DNA of 64,000 nucleotides from contig OZ024762.1 in assembly GCA_964016885.1 (NCBI GenBank), positions 9,734,001-9,798,000 on the forward strand. The letters run 5' to 3'. This document shows, in pieces, positions 1 through 14,039 of this stretch (its first letter is position 1; the number at the start of each line of letters is the position of its first letter). The position numbers were made by a program, and so were the translations under genes. Under the pieces are notes generated by a model. That model made no database searches. It saw only the letters and a program-made list of their open reading frames with translations, and had not been told where the DNA came from. Source of the stretch: Eledone cirrhosa. Taxonomy: Eukaryota.

Positions 1-18
1 TGTTGTCAAACAAAGTCA
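1..18 (-). other. Candidate exon start (runs off window edge)
   Basis: Minus strand reads tctttctattccattctctttcattgttccag|TGACTTTGTTTGACAACA: strong polypyrimidine tract plus CAG acceptor. Only phase 1 (xTLFDN) is open. Confidence 0.45.
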
Positions 19-49
19 CTGGAACAATGAAAGAGAATGGAATAGAAAG

Positions 50-50
<1 letters not shown>

Positions 51-104
<54 letters not shown>

Positions 105-201
105 TACATACACATGTTCACATACATACATACACATATAAGTACATACGTACATTCACATACATACATACACATATAGGTACATACATACATTCACATA
201 C

Positions 202-232
<31 letters not shown>

Positions 233-267
233 GGTACATACACATGTTCACATACATACGTACACAC

Positions 268-298
<31 letters not shown>

Positions 299-327
299 GA
301 TAGATACATACACATGTTCACATACGT

Positions 328-362
<35 letters not shown>

Positions 363-1080
363 GGTACATACACGTTCACATACATACATTCACATATAGG
401 CACATATATACACATACATACATACACATATATATATATATAGACACATACACACATATGTATATAGGCGCATACACATATATATAGGCACATTCACATT
501 TATATAGACACATACACATATATATAGGTTCATACAGACATTCACATACATACATACACATATATATAGACACATACACACATATATATATAGGCAGATA
601 CACACATACATAGGCACATACACACAAAGATATACACACATATATATATGCACATATACACATAGATGCATAAACATTTACACACAAACACACGCATAGG
701 GACATACACACATAGACATACACCCATACATATACAGACACATATACAGAGATGCATACACACTGACACAGACACATAGTTGCATACATACACAGAGACA
801 CATACATAGGCCCATAGGCACATACACACATTGACTTATACACACAGAAACACATACACACATAGGCACATACACACATACACACATAGGCACATACATA
901 CGTAAACATATACACATTAGGCACATACACACATAAACACATAAAAACACAGGCACACAGACACATACATACACACACATACATACATACACACAAGCAC
1001 ATACACACAGACATACACATTCACACAGACATACACACACGCACACACAGACATACATACACACGTACACACATACAACA
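51..1080. repeat. Compound (TA)n/(CA)n microsatellite
   Basis: Degenerate TA/CATA/CACA repeats. Confidence 0.95.
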
Positions 1081-1235
1081 CAACAAATTTCATTTATAAT
1101 TCATTCATAAGATCTTGATGAGAACAATATTTATTCTCCCGGAATTTAATGATGAATAAACTATTAATTTTGTATAATCTTATTATTTATAAGAACTATT
1201 TATATACACACACACATATATATAGTGGGTGTATA

Positions 1236-1269
<34 letters not shown>

Positions 1270-1312
1270 TTAAGTCAAATATTTAAAATTTGGCTTCGTT
1301 TATTAAAGATGT

Positions 1313-1367
1313 ACTGTTATATATATTTCGGTGACAGCCATCATTGGCTGTGACCTCTTCAGGCAGT
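1313..1367 (-). ncRNA. Minimal type I hammerhead ribozyme motif (Penelope-like, family B)
   Basis: Minus: ACTGC-CTGAAGA-GGTCACAGCCA atga TGGCTGTCACC-GAAA-TATATATA-ACAGT. Core, stem II, palindromic stem III and stem I (one mismatch) are present. Confidence 0.75.
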
Positions 1368-1530
1368 CCGAATTGGTGTGGTAGAGACGAGTACACATGT
1401 TGTTGAAGTGTTTTACTCCGTCAATACTCCGATATGTCCAGCTCCTGGTTGGGTTGTTGTTTCTCTGAGGAACTGGAATCGAGTGCTCCAATCTGCATAC
1501 TGAGGTGTCGGTAAACAACCAACATATACT

Positions 1531-1570
<40 letters not shown>

Positions 1571-1662
1571 GTATATTCTGTACACGAATATATAATTAAA
1601 TATATATGACCGTCTAACCCATGCTAGCGTGGAATAACGGACATAAAACGGTGATGATGATG

Positions 1663-1687
<25 letters not shown>

Positions 1688-1693
<6 letters not shown>

Positions 1694-1805
1694 TAACAGA
1701 TTAAAGTTTAAGCAAAGATTCACTGCTTTCACCCTTAACGGGATCTTCTGAAACTAAAAAAAATCAATCTGTGAACGCAGAAGTAAATATTTCGAAAAAC
1801 GTTAC
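1688..1805 (-). mobile_element. Penelope-like terminal module with variant hammerhead (family C, CAGAAGA core)
   Basis: Reverse complement of about 55315-55430. Reads AGTTT-CAGAAGA-TCCC..GGGT-GAAAGCA..TGCTT-AAACT. Confidence 0.65.
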
Positions 1806-1897
1806 ACACTATATATATATATACGCACACTATATATACATATACACACACACACACACACACAGCGTCATAATGTCGTAATGCAGACAGCCAGGTA

Positions 1898-2233
1898 ATG
1901 TTGTTGTTGTTGTTGTTGTTGATGGTGGCGGTGGTAGTAGTGTTGTTGGTGGTGGTGGTGCTGGTGGTGATAATGATGGTAGTTTTGTTGGCAATAGTAA
2001 TTGTAACAGTGGTGGTGCTGGTTGTAATGTTGTTGGTGGTGGTGGTGGTGGCAGTGGCGGTGGTGATGACAGTGGTGTATGTGTGGAGCAGGGTGGGGTA
2101 GATTCTAGAAGAAGAAGAAGAAGAAGAAGAAGAAGAAGAAGAAGAAGAAGAAGAAAGCAATAAATGAAAGAAAAAGTAATAAGAGGAAATTGATATTTTC
2201 AGAAAAAATACAATGACCACCACCACCACCACC

Positions 2234-2286
<53 letters not shown>

Positions 2287-2287
2287 T
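1898..2287. repeat. Trinucleotide microsatellites (TTG/GGT, GAA, CAC, CAT)
   Basis: Direct inspection. Confidence 0.95.
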
Positions 2288-2399
2288 TAATGTCCACTTT
2301 GTAGGCTGGCATTGGTTATACGGGTCACTAAGGTCTAAGTCAATTCTTATTCAGTGTCATTACCCTCCTTATCCAATCAGATTATCATGCCACATTTGA

Positions 2400-2570
2400 A
2401 TAGAGCTACAGCCCTTCAGGTTCCGAGTTCAAATCCCGCCGAGGTCAACTTTGCCTTTCATCTTTACGGGGTCGATGAAATAAAGTACCAGTCACGCACT
2501 GGGGTCGATTTAATCGACTTTCCCCTCCCCTAAAATTGTTGCCCTTGTGCCTAAATCAGAAACCGTTATC
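2400..2570 (+). mobile_element. tRNA-derived SINE family A (5'-truncated)
   Basis: B-box gagttcaaatccc followed by ttgcctttcatc..ggggtcgat..aagtaccag, shared with more than 15 copies in the window. Confidence 0.85.
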
Positions 2571-2701
2571 AGACCTCCTTTGTATGTCCACAAATATCAA
2601 CCACTTTACAGAGTGTACTGGGTGTATTTTATCATCGCACCTACACTAGAGAAGTTACCTTGTTCTCCTGAATTTCCTTTTATATTTTCTTCATTATATT
2701 T

Positions 2702-2887
2702 TGGATTGGCAGTATCGGTAGAGGGTCGGATGCCATGCTTTGACGCATAGAGTTACGGCCCTTGCTATTCTGAGTTCAAATCCCACCGAGGTTAACTTTG
2801 CCTTTCATCCTTACGGGGTCGATAAAATAAAGTACCAGTAATGCACTGGGTAATTGTTGGCCTTGTGCCTAAAGTAGAAACAATTAT
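2702..2887 (+). mobile_element. tRNA-derived SINE family A (central domain resembles the Meta-SINE domain)
   Basis: A-box tggcagtatcggtag, B-box gagttcaaatcc, conserved GCCTTTCATCCTTACGGGGTCGATAAAATAAAGTACCAG, tail ..gtagaaacaatt. Confidence 0.85.
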
Positions 2888-3147
2888 ATTTTATACTTCT
2901 GTCTGACATAACCAGCCTGAAATGAGGGAAGAATCCAATAAGGGAGAGAGAGGGAAAGGATGAGAGAGGGTGGGAAAGGGAGACGGAGGAGAAGAGAGAG
3001 GATGGGAAAGGGAGAGAGAGGAGATGAGAGAGAAAGGAGATGAGAGAGGATGGGAAAGGGAGAGGGAGGAGAAGAGAGAAGATGGGAAAGGGAGAGAGAG
3101 GAGATGAGAGCAAAATGAGGAGGGAGAGAAAAGAGGAGGGAGAGAGA

Positions 3148-3214
<67 letters not shown>

Positions 3215-3547
3215 ACAACAACACCATAAATTCCAATAGCTGCCTGCAGATAGACAGATAGATAATTAGATAGACAGAACAATGGTAGCATAATTTAATG
3301 ACTATATCTTTAATAATGATTAAAGAAAATATGGAAGGAAATTATTATAAGTGATTTAAATGAAAGTGAAATGAAATATGGCGATGGTGGAGTGACGAGA
3401 GAGGGGGAGGGGTAGAGAGAGGAGTGAGGGAGGGGAGAGAGAGGAGTGAGGGAGAGGGAGAAGGTCAAGGATAACTGAGGATTCAAGTATTATATTTTTT
3501 ACTATAAACCCTGTCATTTTTGATGGGTACTATGCTAATATATATTT

Positions 3548-4003
3548 ATTACTTATATATTATATATATATATAACATATATAACATATATAAACATACA
3601 CATATATACATAAACAGACATATATATATAATATATAATATATATATATATACATAAACAGACATATATATATAGTATATATATACATAAATAGACATAT
3701 ATATATAGTATATATATACATAAACAGACATATATATAATATATATACATACATAAAGATACATATCATCATCACCATTTAATGTCCATTTTTCCATGCT
3801 TCCATGCATCAGATATAATATAATATATATACATATATATAATATATATACATATATATAATATATATACATATATATAATATATATACATATACATAAT
3901 ATATATACATATACATAAACATACATATATATACATATATATAATATATATATATACACATATATAAACAAACATACATATATATAATATATATATACAC
4001 ACA

Positions 4004-4056
<53 letters not shown>

Positions 4057-4183
4057 TATACACATATATATACATATATATATATACACACACACATATA
4101 TATACACATATACATCCACACATCATATATATATATATATATATATATAAACACACACATATATATATATATAAACACACACT

Positions 4184-4214
<31 letters not shown>

Positions 4215-4215
4215 T
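3548..4215. repeat. (TA)n-rich compound microsatellite
   Basis: Direct inspection. Confidence 0.95.
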
Positions 4216-5022
4216 TTGTATGTATTTGGATCATCATCATCATCATTATTCTAATAAGAACAACATAAAATAAAACCAAAAACTAAGCGAACACCAGCAG
4301 AGAAACAAATGCATAATTTAAAGGGAAGAATACGCATACAATGCACCCAATGCACATAATGCACATTAGCTGATGTATATTATTATAAAAGCAATGTTGT
4401 AATCTATTAGAGAACATCATTACATTATACTATTTATACTTCTCTGTGGCCAGGTGTTGTTTTAGTTTTTTAGTTTTTATATCCCCTACATTTTCCTGCT
4501 GCATAAGACAAACATTTTTTTATCACAAAAAATCTGATGTGAAAGCATCTATGTAGCCTCATATTTAGGATCAGGGACTATGAGGGGCGAGGAAGCAGTT
4601 TGAGTGTCCAGCTGTGACTTTGTTCTGAGATCCAAGAGCGAAGAAGGCCCCCAGAGCAACCATACAAATTCAATTTTGAGAAAAATCTTTGTCTTCTTCG
4701 GGCCCCAAATGGGTCTTGTACCGCCTTGCAAAATTTCTCTTGTAGGCCCTATTTAGGATTGTTAGGTTGCTGGTCATAAAGTAGTGGGTTTAGTGTCATA
4801 GTTAGGATTGTAAGACTCTTGATGATAAAGTACCGGCTTTAGTGTATATATACACATAATTAAATTTGTCACTAAGATACGTAACATCTCAATGAAAAGA
4901 GATCAGTAAAAAAAATCTCATTCAGAGAAGCAAATATATATATATAGAACATCTTATACAAAATCACTGAGGAGTAGAGACCAAGAAATTAATCTAAAAG
5001 GAACACTTCACAAGTATCTTAC

Positions 5023-5169
5023 CCTAGGGATATAGTCTTAGTTACGCAAACTGAAGCTAGAAGGCTTCACTAAGTTCCCTTAATGTTTTATAACTGAGAA
5101 ATAAGTCAGACCATTCCAACAGATTGATATGGCAATCGTTAACAGAACAGTTCTTCGTCAGAGAGTTTT
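5023..5169 (-). other. Candidate 147-nt spliced exon (UTR or stop-containing)
   Basis: Acceptor tatttttccttataccttacag| and donor |gtaaga flank non-repetitive sequence. All three frames contain a stop. Confidence 0.4.
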
Positions 5170-5254
5170 CTGTAAGGTATAAGGAAAAATATAGATACCA
5201 CTTAGGAGAAATGTGTCCAGCTCTCATCGAGCCAGCATAGTACAACAATGGTTT

Positions 5255-5377
5255 CTGATTTAGGCACAAGGCCAGCAATTTTAGGGGAGGGGAAATTTCA
5301 AAGATCATAAAGGGCCATAACTCTATGCTGCAAAGCATGGCGTCTGACCCTCTATCGATACCGCCAATCCACCGCCT
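5255..5377 (-). mobile_element. SINE family A, internally deleted
   Basis: Head (ctctatcgataccgccaatccaccgcc) and tail (ggcacaaggccagcaatt) match family A. Confidence 0.75.
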
Positions 5378-5740
5378 AAACAAACAAAAAAATAATAATA
5401 AGTACCAGATTGTACATGAACGATTAAAAACCGTCTTGAAGGTCGTGCTCCAGCATGGCATATTCCAAAAGACTGAAATCAGTAAAAGAATAATAGAATC
5501 AAGGAATCCATTGTGTGAAAGACAGTGCTAAAATAATCCGACACTAGATTCTGTGTTATTGAGTTATTACAAAATATCAGAGGACTTTATAAGAATATTG
5601 TGTTTAAAGTAGAGTGGGGAAATAAAATTATGCAATTTCATTTCACCGTTTTAATTCCTTAAGGACAATATGCTCATATTGCCTGCTTAAGTATAAATAT
5701 AAAATGCTGTGTATGTGAATGTGTGTGTCTGTGTATGTGT

Positions 5741-5782
<42 letters not shown>

Positions 5783-6058
5783 GTGTGTATCTGTGTATGT
5801 GTGAGTGTGTGTGTCTGTGTGTTTATATGTCTATATCTATTTGTGTACAAACATTTGTATATATATATATGTGTGTGTGTGCATATTTATATCAACTTGT
5901 GTACAAATCATCATCATCGTTTAACGTCCAATATTTGTATATATATATACAAATATGTTTATATATATTATTATATATATATACAAAAACACACACACAT
6001 ATATACAAACACACACACGCATATATATACAAACACACACACATACATACTCACACAC

Positions 6059-6096
<38 letters not shown>

Positions 6097-6172
6097 AATA
6101 TACCATGCTTCTTTTACAATATATTGCTCTTTCTCTCTATATATAAACATATAACTATATATAAACATATAG

Positions 6173-6236
<64 letters not shown>

Positions 6237-6436
6237 AAATGGAAGCTTCACCTGTAATATTGACTATATAATATAGTCTAATAATGGGGTATATAAACTC
6301 ACTGAATGGAAAAAGATGGCACTTTTTTCTATAAAGATGGCCGAAGCTTCTATTTTTATTTCAATTCCAAACTTCACTTGCCACATTCCAAACATAATTC
6401 CTTTGTAAAGTTATGTTGGTACCACAAAATATCCAG

Positions 6437-7622
6437 CTCACACTGCAAAGTGGTCGTGTCCTGGTGTCATGACAAAAGTCACCCAGTACACACTGCAAAG
6501 TGGTCGTGCTGGTGTCATGACAAAAATCACCCAGTACTCACTGCAAAGTGGTCGTGTAGGTGTCATGACAAAAATCACCCAGTACTCACTGCAAAGTGGT
6601 CGTGTAGGTGTCATGACAAAAATCACCCAGTACACACTGCAAAGTGGTCGTGCTGGTGTCATGACAAAAATCACCCAGTACTCACTGCAAAGTGGTCGTG
6701 TAGGTGTCATGACAAAAATCACCCAGTACTCACTGCAAAGTGGTCGTGTAGGTGTCATGACAAAAATCACCCAGTACTCACTGCAAAGTGGTCGTGTAGG
6801 TGTCATGACAAAAATCACCCAGTACTCACTGCAAAGTGGTCGTGTAGGTGTCATGATAAAAATCACCCAGTCCACACTGCAAAGTGGTCGTGTAGGTGTC
6901 ATGACAAAAATCACCCAGTCCACACTGCAAAGTGGTCGTGCTGGTGTCATGACAAAAATCACCCAGTACTCACTGCAAAGTGGTCGTGTAGGTGTCATGA
7001 CAAAAATCACCCAGTACACACTGCAAAGTGGTCATGTAGGTGTCATGACAAAAATCACCCAATACTCACTGTAAAGTGGTCGTGGTGGTGTCATGACAAA
7101 AATCACCCAGTACTCACTGCAAAGTGGTCGTGTAGGTGTCATGACAAAAATCACCCAGTATACACTGCAAAGTGGTCGTGTAGGTGTCATGACAAAAATC
7201 ACCCAGTGCACACTGCAAAGTGGTCGTGTAGGTGTCATGACAAAAATCACCCAGTACTCACTGCAAAGTGGTCGTGTAGGTGTCATGACAAAAATCACCC
7301 AGTGCACACGGCAAAGTGGTCGTGTAGGTGTCATGACAAAAATCACCCAGTACACACTGCAAAGTGGTCGGGTAGGTGTCATGACAAAAATCACCCAGTA
7401 CTCACTGCAAAGTGGTCGTGTAGGTGTCATGACAAAAATCACCCAGTACACACTGCAAAGTGGTCGTGTAGGTGTCATGACAAAAATCACCCAGTACTCA
7501 CTGCAAAGTGGTCGTGTAGGTGTCATGACAAAAATCACCCAGTCCACACTGCAAAGTGGTCGTGTGCTGGTGTCATGACAAAAATCACCCAGTACACACT
7601 GCAAAGTGGTTGTGTAGGTGTC
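6437..7622 (+). repeat. 48-bp satellite array, arm A (about 25 units)
   Basis: Unit ctgcaaagtggtcgtgtaggtgtcatgacaaaaatcacccagtactca. Register recurs every 240 bp (6541, 6781, 7021). Confidence 0.97.
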
Positions 7623-10148
7623 AGTGAGTACTGGGTGATTTTTGTCATGACACCACCATGACCACTTTACAGTGAATACTGGGTGATTTTTGTCATGACA
7701 CCACCACGACCACTTTACAGTGACTACTGGGTGACTTTTGTCATGACTCCTACATGACCACTTTACAGTGACTACTGGGTGACTTTTGTCATGACACCAC
7801 CACGACCACTTTACAGTGAGTACTGGGTGACTTTTGTCATGACTCCTACATGACCACTTTGCAGTGAGTATTGGGTGACTTTTGTCATGACACCACCATG
7901 ACCACTTTACAGTGAGTACTGGGTGACTTTTGTGATGACACCACCACGACCACTTTACAGTGAGTACTGGGTGACTTTTGTCATGACACCTACATGACCA
8001 CTTTGCAGTGAGTATTGGGTGACTTTTGTCATGACACCACCATGACCACTTTACAGTGAGTACTGGGTGACTTTTGTGATGACACCACCACGACCACTTT
8101 ACAGTGAGTACTGGGTGACTTTTGTCATGACTCCTACATGACCACTTTGCAGTGAGTATTGGGTGACTTTTGTCATGACACCACCATGACCACTTTACAG
8201 TGAGTATTGGGTGACTTTTGTCATGACACCACCACGACCACTTTACAGTGACTACTGGGTGACTTTTGTCATGACACCACCATGACCACTTTACAGTGAC
8301 TAGTGGGTGATTTTTGTCATGACACCACCACGACCACTTTACAGTGAGTACTGGGTGACTTTTGTCATGACACCACCATGACCACTTTACAGTGACTACT
8401 GGGTGACTTTTGTCATGACACCACCATGACCACTTTACAGTGACTACTGGGTGACTTTTGTGATGACACCACCATGACCACTTTACAGTGAGTACTGGGT
8501 GACTTTTGTGATGACACCACCATGACCACTTTACAGTGACTACTGGGTGACTTTTGTGATGACACCACCATGACCACTTTACAGTGACTACTGGGTGACT
8601 TTTGTCATGACACCACCATGACCACTTTACAGTGACTACTGGGTGATTTTTGTGATGACACCACCATGACCACTTTACAGTGACTACTGGGTGACTTTTG
8701 TGATGACACCACCATGACCACTTTACAGTGACTACTGGGTGACTTTTGTGATGACACCACCATGACCACTTTACAGTGAATACTGGGTGACTTTTGTCAT
8801 GACACCACCATGACCACTTTACAGTGACTACTGGGTGACTTTTGTCATGACACCACCATGACCACTTTACAGTGAGTACTGGGTGACTTTTGTGATGACA
8901 CCACCATGACCACTTTACAGTGACTACTGGGTGACTTTTGTGATGACACCACCATGACCACTTTACAGTGACTACTGGGTGACTTTTGTGATGACACCAC
9001 CATGACCACTTTACAGTGACTACTGGGTGACTTTTGTGATGACACCACCATGACCACTTTACAGTGAGTACTGGGTGACTTTTGTGATGACACCACCATG
9101 ACCACTTTACAGTGAGTACTGGGTGACTTTTGTGATGACACCACCATGACCACTTTACAGTGAATACTGGGTGACTTTTGTGATGACACCACCATGACCA
9201 CTTTACAGTGAGTACTGGGTGACTTTTGTGATGACAACACCATGACCACTTTACAGTGACTACTGGGTGACTTTTGTGATGACACCACCATGACCACTTT
9301 ACAGTGACTACTGGGTGACTTTTGTCATGACACCACCATGACCACTTTACAGTGACTACTGGGTGACTTTTGTGATGACACCACCATGACCACTTTACAG
9401 TGAGTACTGGGTGACTTTTGTGATGACACCACCATGACCACTTTACAGTGACTACTGGGTGACTTTTGTGATGACACCACCATGACCACTTTACAGTGAA
9501 TACTGGGTGACTTTTGTGATGACACCACCATGACCACTTTACAGTGAATACTGGGTGACTTTTGTGATGACACCACCATGACCACTTTACAGTGACTACT
9601 GGGTGACTTTTGTGATGACACCACCATGACCACTTTACAGTGACTACTGGGTGACTTTTGTCATGACACCACCACGACCACTTTACAGTGAATACTGGGT
9701 GACTTTTGTGATGACACCACCATGACCACTTTACAGTGAATACTGGGTGACTTTTGTGATGACACCACCATGACCACTTTACAGTGACTACTGGGTGACT
9801 TTTGTGATGACACCACCATGACCACTTTACAGTGAGTACTGGGTGACTTTTGTGATGACACCACCATGACCACTTTACAGTGACTACTGGGTGACTTTTG
9901 TGATGACACCACCATGACCACTTTACAGTGACTACTGGGTGACTTTTGTGATGACACCACCATGACCACTTTACAGTGACTACTGGGTGACTTTTGTGAT
10001 GACACCACCATGACCACTTTACAGTGAGTACTGGGTGACTTTTGTCATGACACCACCATGACCACTTTACAGTGACTACTGGGTGACTTTTGTGATGACA
10101 CCACCATGACCACTTTACAGTGAATACTGGGTGACTTTTGTGATGACT
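7623..10148 (-). repeat. 48-bp satellite array, arm B, inverted (about 52 units)
   Basis: Unit agtgactactgggtgacttttgtgatgacaccaccatgaccactttac is the reverse complement of a variant of the arm A unit. Confidence 0.97.
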
Positions 10149-10935
10149 ATTTGTCCAGCACTACCACTTTACAGGGTGAACTAGGTGGGAGGTCATATTG
10201 TGTCTCCAGCACTAACACACTATATAGTGGTACTGCTGCTGATGCCGCTATAAAATGTACCCAGTACACTCTGTAAAGTGGTTGGCATTAGCAACGGTAT
10301 CCACAAAGAATACTAAAGTATGAAATGTATGTATGAGCAAGACCTGATACCTCGGACCAGGTCTTGCCTAGGGTTGTAATGATCTGTCCACCTCAGGACA
10401 CCATGGATAGCAGACATATGATGATGATGATGATGGTAGTGGTGGTGGTGATGGTGATGATGACGAGAGGAGGAGAAAGCCTGAAAGAAGCCTGAAGATG
10501 CAACACAAAACAAGAAAGAAAATACAAGAATCCTATATTCATACATAAGTTACACACACACCCACCCACACATATATACGCATACATATTTACACACACA
10601 TATATATATATATATAAATATATACATGTATATATACACACATATATATATATATATATATATAGATATATATGTATAAATATATACATATATATATATA
10701 TATATACATATATATACGCACACATATATATATATATATATATATACATATACAAACATATATATAAATATACATATATACACATATATACACACATATA
10801 TATATACACATATATACAAACATATATATAAATATACATATATACACATATATACACACATATATATATATACACATATATACAAATATATATATATATA
10901 TACAAAAATATATATATATACACACACATATATAT

Positions 10936-11040
<105 letters not shown>

Positions 11041-11619
11041 TATAAGAGACAGAGAGAGAATTAAGATGGAAGCAAAAATCATAAAAGAAATACAAGAAGA
11101 AGAAGAAGAAGAAGAAGAAGAAGAAGAAGAAGAAGAAGAAAAAAATGAATACAAAGAAAAGAAAAAGGAAAGAAAATAGAAATGCAAATATAAACGATGA
11201 AAAAAGCTGGAAGGAAGTTAAGTTGACAAGCCATCAATTCTGTATAAACAGGCGGGGGGAGGGAGGGTTTGAGGGGTGAAGAAGGATCTATTGTAAAGAT
11301 AGAGAGCTCATCTATGGAATATCTTTGGAATATGAATAAAACATTTGACGAACAACTATGTGTGAAAGAACATGGCTGAAAACAGAGAGGTTATATATGT
11401 CACAAATGTGTCTGTAGCAACTTGTATGTGGCGGTGCGGGGTGGAGCGGGGTGCTGGTGTAAGAATGTGTATGCGCATGTGTGTCTATGTGTATGTGTGT
11501 GTATGTGTGTTTTGTATGTAATATGACGGTGTAACCTGTACAAGAATATATACTGTACAATATATTCACATAAGTTGCATCTTTTTTTCCACAAAGAAAC
11601 TCATGAAAAAAATCTAGTA

Positions 11620-12502
11620 TGTGTCTTATCTACGGGTCCTACAAAGCCTTATCTGTGAGTCAAGTACTGACCCATGAATGCTGTGTGTAAAATAGGGCGC
11701 TGTATGTAAAATAGGGCTATGCCCTTATCTACAGGACCCTCAAAACCTTATCTGATTCAAGAATATTGCATGTAAAATAGAGGAATGATGGAGCTGTGAC
11801 TTATCTACTGAGCCCACAAAACCTTAAATGTGAGTCAAATCCTGAGCGGAGAATGTTGTATATAAAATGGAGGTGTGACTAACCTACTAGACCTACAAAA
11901 CATTTTGAGTGAAATACTGAGCCAAGATTGTTGTACGTAAAATAGAGGCGTGACTTATCTACTGAGCCCACAAAACCTTAAATGTGAGTCAAATCCTGAG
12001 CGGAGAATGTTGTATATAAAATGGAGGTGTGACTAACCTACTAGACCTACAAAACATTTTGAGTGAAATACTGAGCCAAGATTGTTGTACGTAAAATAGA
12101 GGCATGACTTATCTACTGGATCCACAAAACCTTCAATGTGAGTCAAGTTCTGAGCCGAGAATGTTGTATATAAATTTGAAGGGTGACTTATTTACTGTAT
12201 CAACAAAACCTTATATGTGAGTCAAGTCTTGAGCCATGAATGTTGTATGTAAAATGGAGACGAGCCTTATCCACAGGACCTACAAAACATTTTGAGTCAA
12301 GTCTTGAGCCAAGAATGTTGTATATTAAAATTGAAGTGTAACTTATTTACTGAACCCACTAAACATTATATGTGAGTCAGTTCCTGAGTCAAGAATACTG
12401 TTTGTAAAATGGGGGTATGATTTATTTACCTGAGCCCACTAAACCTTCTATGTGAGTCTACAAAACATTTTGAGTCAAGTCTTGAGCCAAGAATGTTGTA
12501 TA
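11620..12502. repeat. Diverged 75-79-bp minisatellite with a 154-bp dimeric higher-order duplication
   Basis: aaaatRgagg anchors at 11864, 11939, 12018 and 12093 (spacing 75/79/75). Confidence 0.85.
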
Positions 12503-12940
12503 TATAGAAACCTTTCGAAACTGTATTCTTGCAGCACATACACACAAAAAAAAAACATAAATAAACAAACAAACAATAAAATAAAATGAAGTTTATAAGA
12601 AGAAATAGGAGAGAATTTTTATTTAAAAAAAAAAAATTAGTTCTGTATGATGAATGTTTCTGGTTATAGAGAGTCCAAGTAATCAAATCTATTTATTACA
12701 GATAAAATATTATATTGATTGATTGTATTGATTTTGATTGATTGACTGACTGGGTGATTGATTAATACAGATCATTATCTGAAGTGGGAATGTGGGAAGG
12801 GAGCTGGGGAGTATAGAAACCTTTCGAAACAGTATTTTAATTGTATTTCTAATGAAATATGATATTTTATTCAATTAATAATTTAATAAATCATAATTTA
12901 AATCATAATTAATTAATCATTTCATTACTAAGAAAGTAAC

Positions 12941-13157
12941 TTAACCCTTTAGTATTTAAACCGGTCATATCCGGTCAGAATTCTCTCACCTCTTTCTGTT
13001 GAAACCAGCCATAACCGGCTGCTCATACTTATGTTAAGGTATTGTTCTCAAAATAAATAATATCAAAATCTGATATTCGATATTATATGAAATAATTATG
13101 TGAAATAAAGTGAAAATACAATAGTAAATATAGAGTAATATAAAGGGTACAGGGTTA
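12941..13157. mobile_element. piggyBac-like MITE (TTAA-CCCTT ends)
   Basis: ttaaccctttag ... agggttaa. Internal sequence is the reverse complement of about 20950-21115. Confidence 0.6.
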
Positions 13158-13284
13158 AAATACGGTTTTTATATTAAGAATATTGAAGGATTTACTAAAA
13201 TTATGAATTATTTCATTACTAAAAGAATATCTTTATATATGGTTTTTATATTAAGAATATTGAAGGATTTACTAAAATTATTAA

Positions 13285-13533
13285 TCCTCAGTCATCTCTA
13301 GTGCATGATGTTATCACCCCTTCCTTCCTCAGTCATCTCTACTCTAGTGTGTGACATCATCACCCCTTCCTTCCTCAATCATTTCTAGTGCGTGACGTCA
13401 CCACCCCTTCCTTCCTTCCTCAATCATCTCTAGTGCATGGTGTCATCACCCCTTCCTTCCTCAATCATCTCTACTAAGTGGCGGAAAGACGGACGAACGG
13501 ATGGCTGGAAGCGGCTCAAATTTATATAGAGAT
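13285..13533 (-). mobile_element. Probable non-autonomous Helitron 5' portion with an internal ~42-bp tandem repeat
   Basis: Minus starts ATCTCTATATAAA followed by ccatccgttcgtccgtc. About 4 copies of ccttccttcctcaatcatctctagtg..atcacc. Confidence 0.45.
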
Positions 13534-13900
13534 ATCTGGCTATTGTTTCTAGCCTGTTAAGTGACCACATAGATGGTCACCAAATTCACTCAATGCTCCT
13601 AGATCTACATAATTAGGACTTTAAAATTCTTTAATTGCAACAATTCTTATGTAAATGTACAGATTTGTAAAACTATCCCACCCACGCCACAGTGAGAACT
13701 GAGGATAAAATAAAGTTTTAAAAACATGTTAGTACAAGATATTAAAATGTTATAAATATTTAAATTTTTACCAGAATTTGTGAATGAAAATCATGTTTCA
13801 AGCATGGCACTGATTTTAAATGAATAGTTAATTACTTCATAAGAGGATAGGAGAATAAAATTAGATTTTTGAACACATCTCTCCTTTCTCTCACTATCTG

Positions 13901-13940
<40 letters not shown>

Positions 13941-14000
13941 TACATACATACATACATACATACATACATACATACATACATACATACATACATACATACA

Positions 14001-14036
<36 letters not shown>

Positions 14037-14039
14037 TAT

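Noticed and set aside
6306-10148. 451-aa Cys/His-rich repeat ORF and CRISPR-like regularity
   Set aside because: The units are contiguous 48-bp tandem copies with no unique spacers and no cas genes. They are open in several frames on both strands and derive from a SINE.
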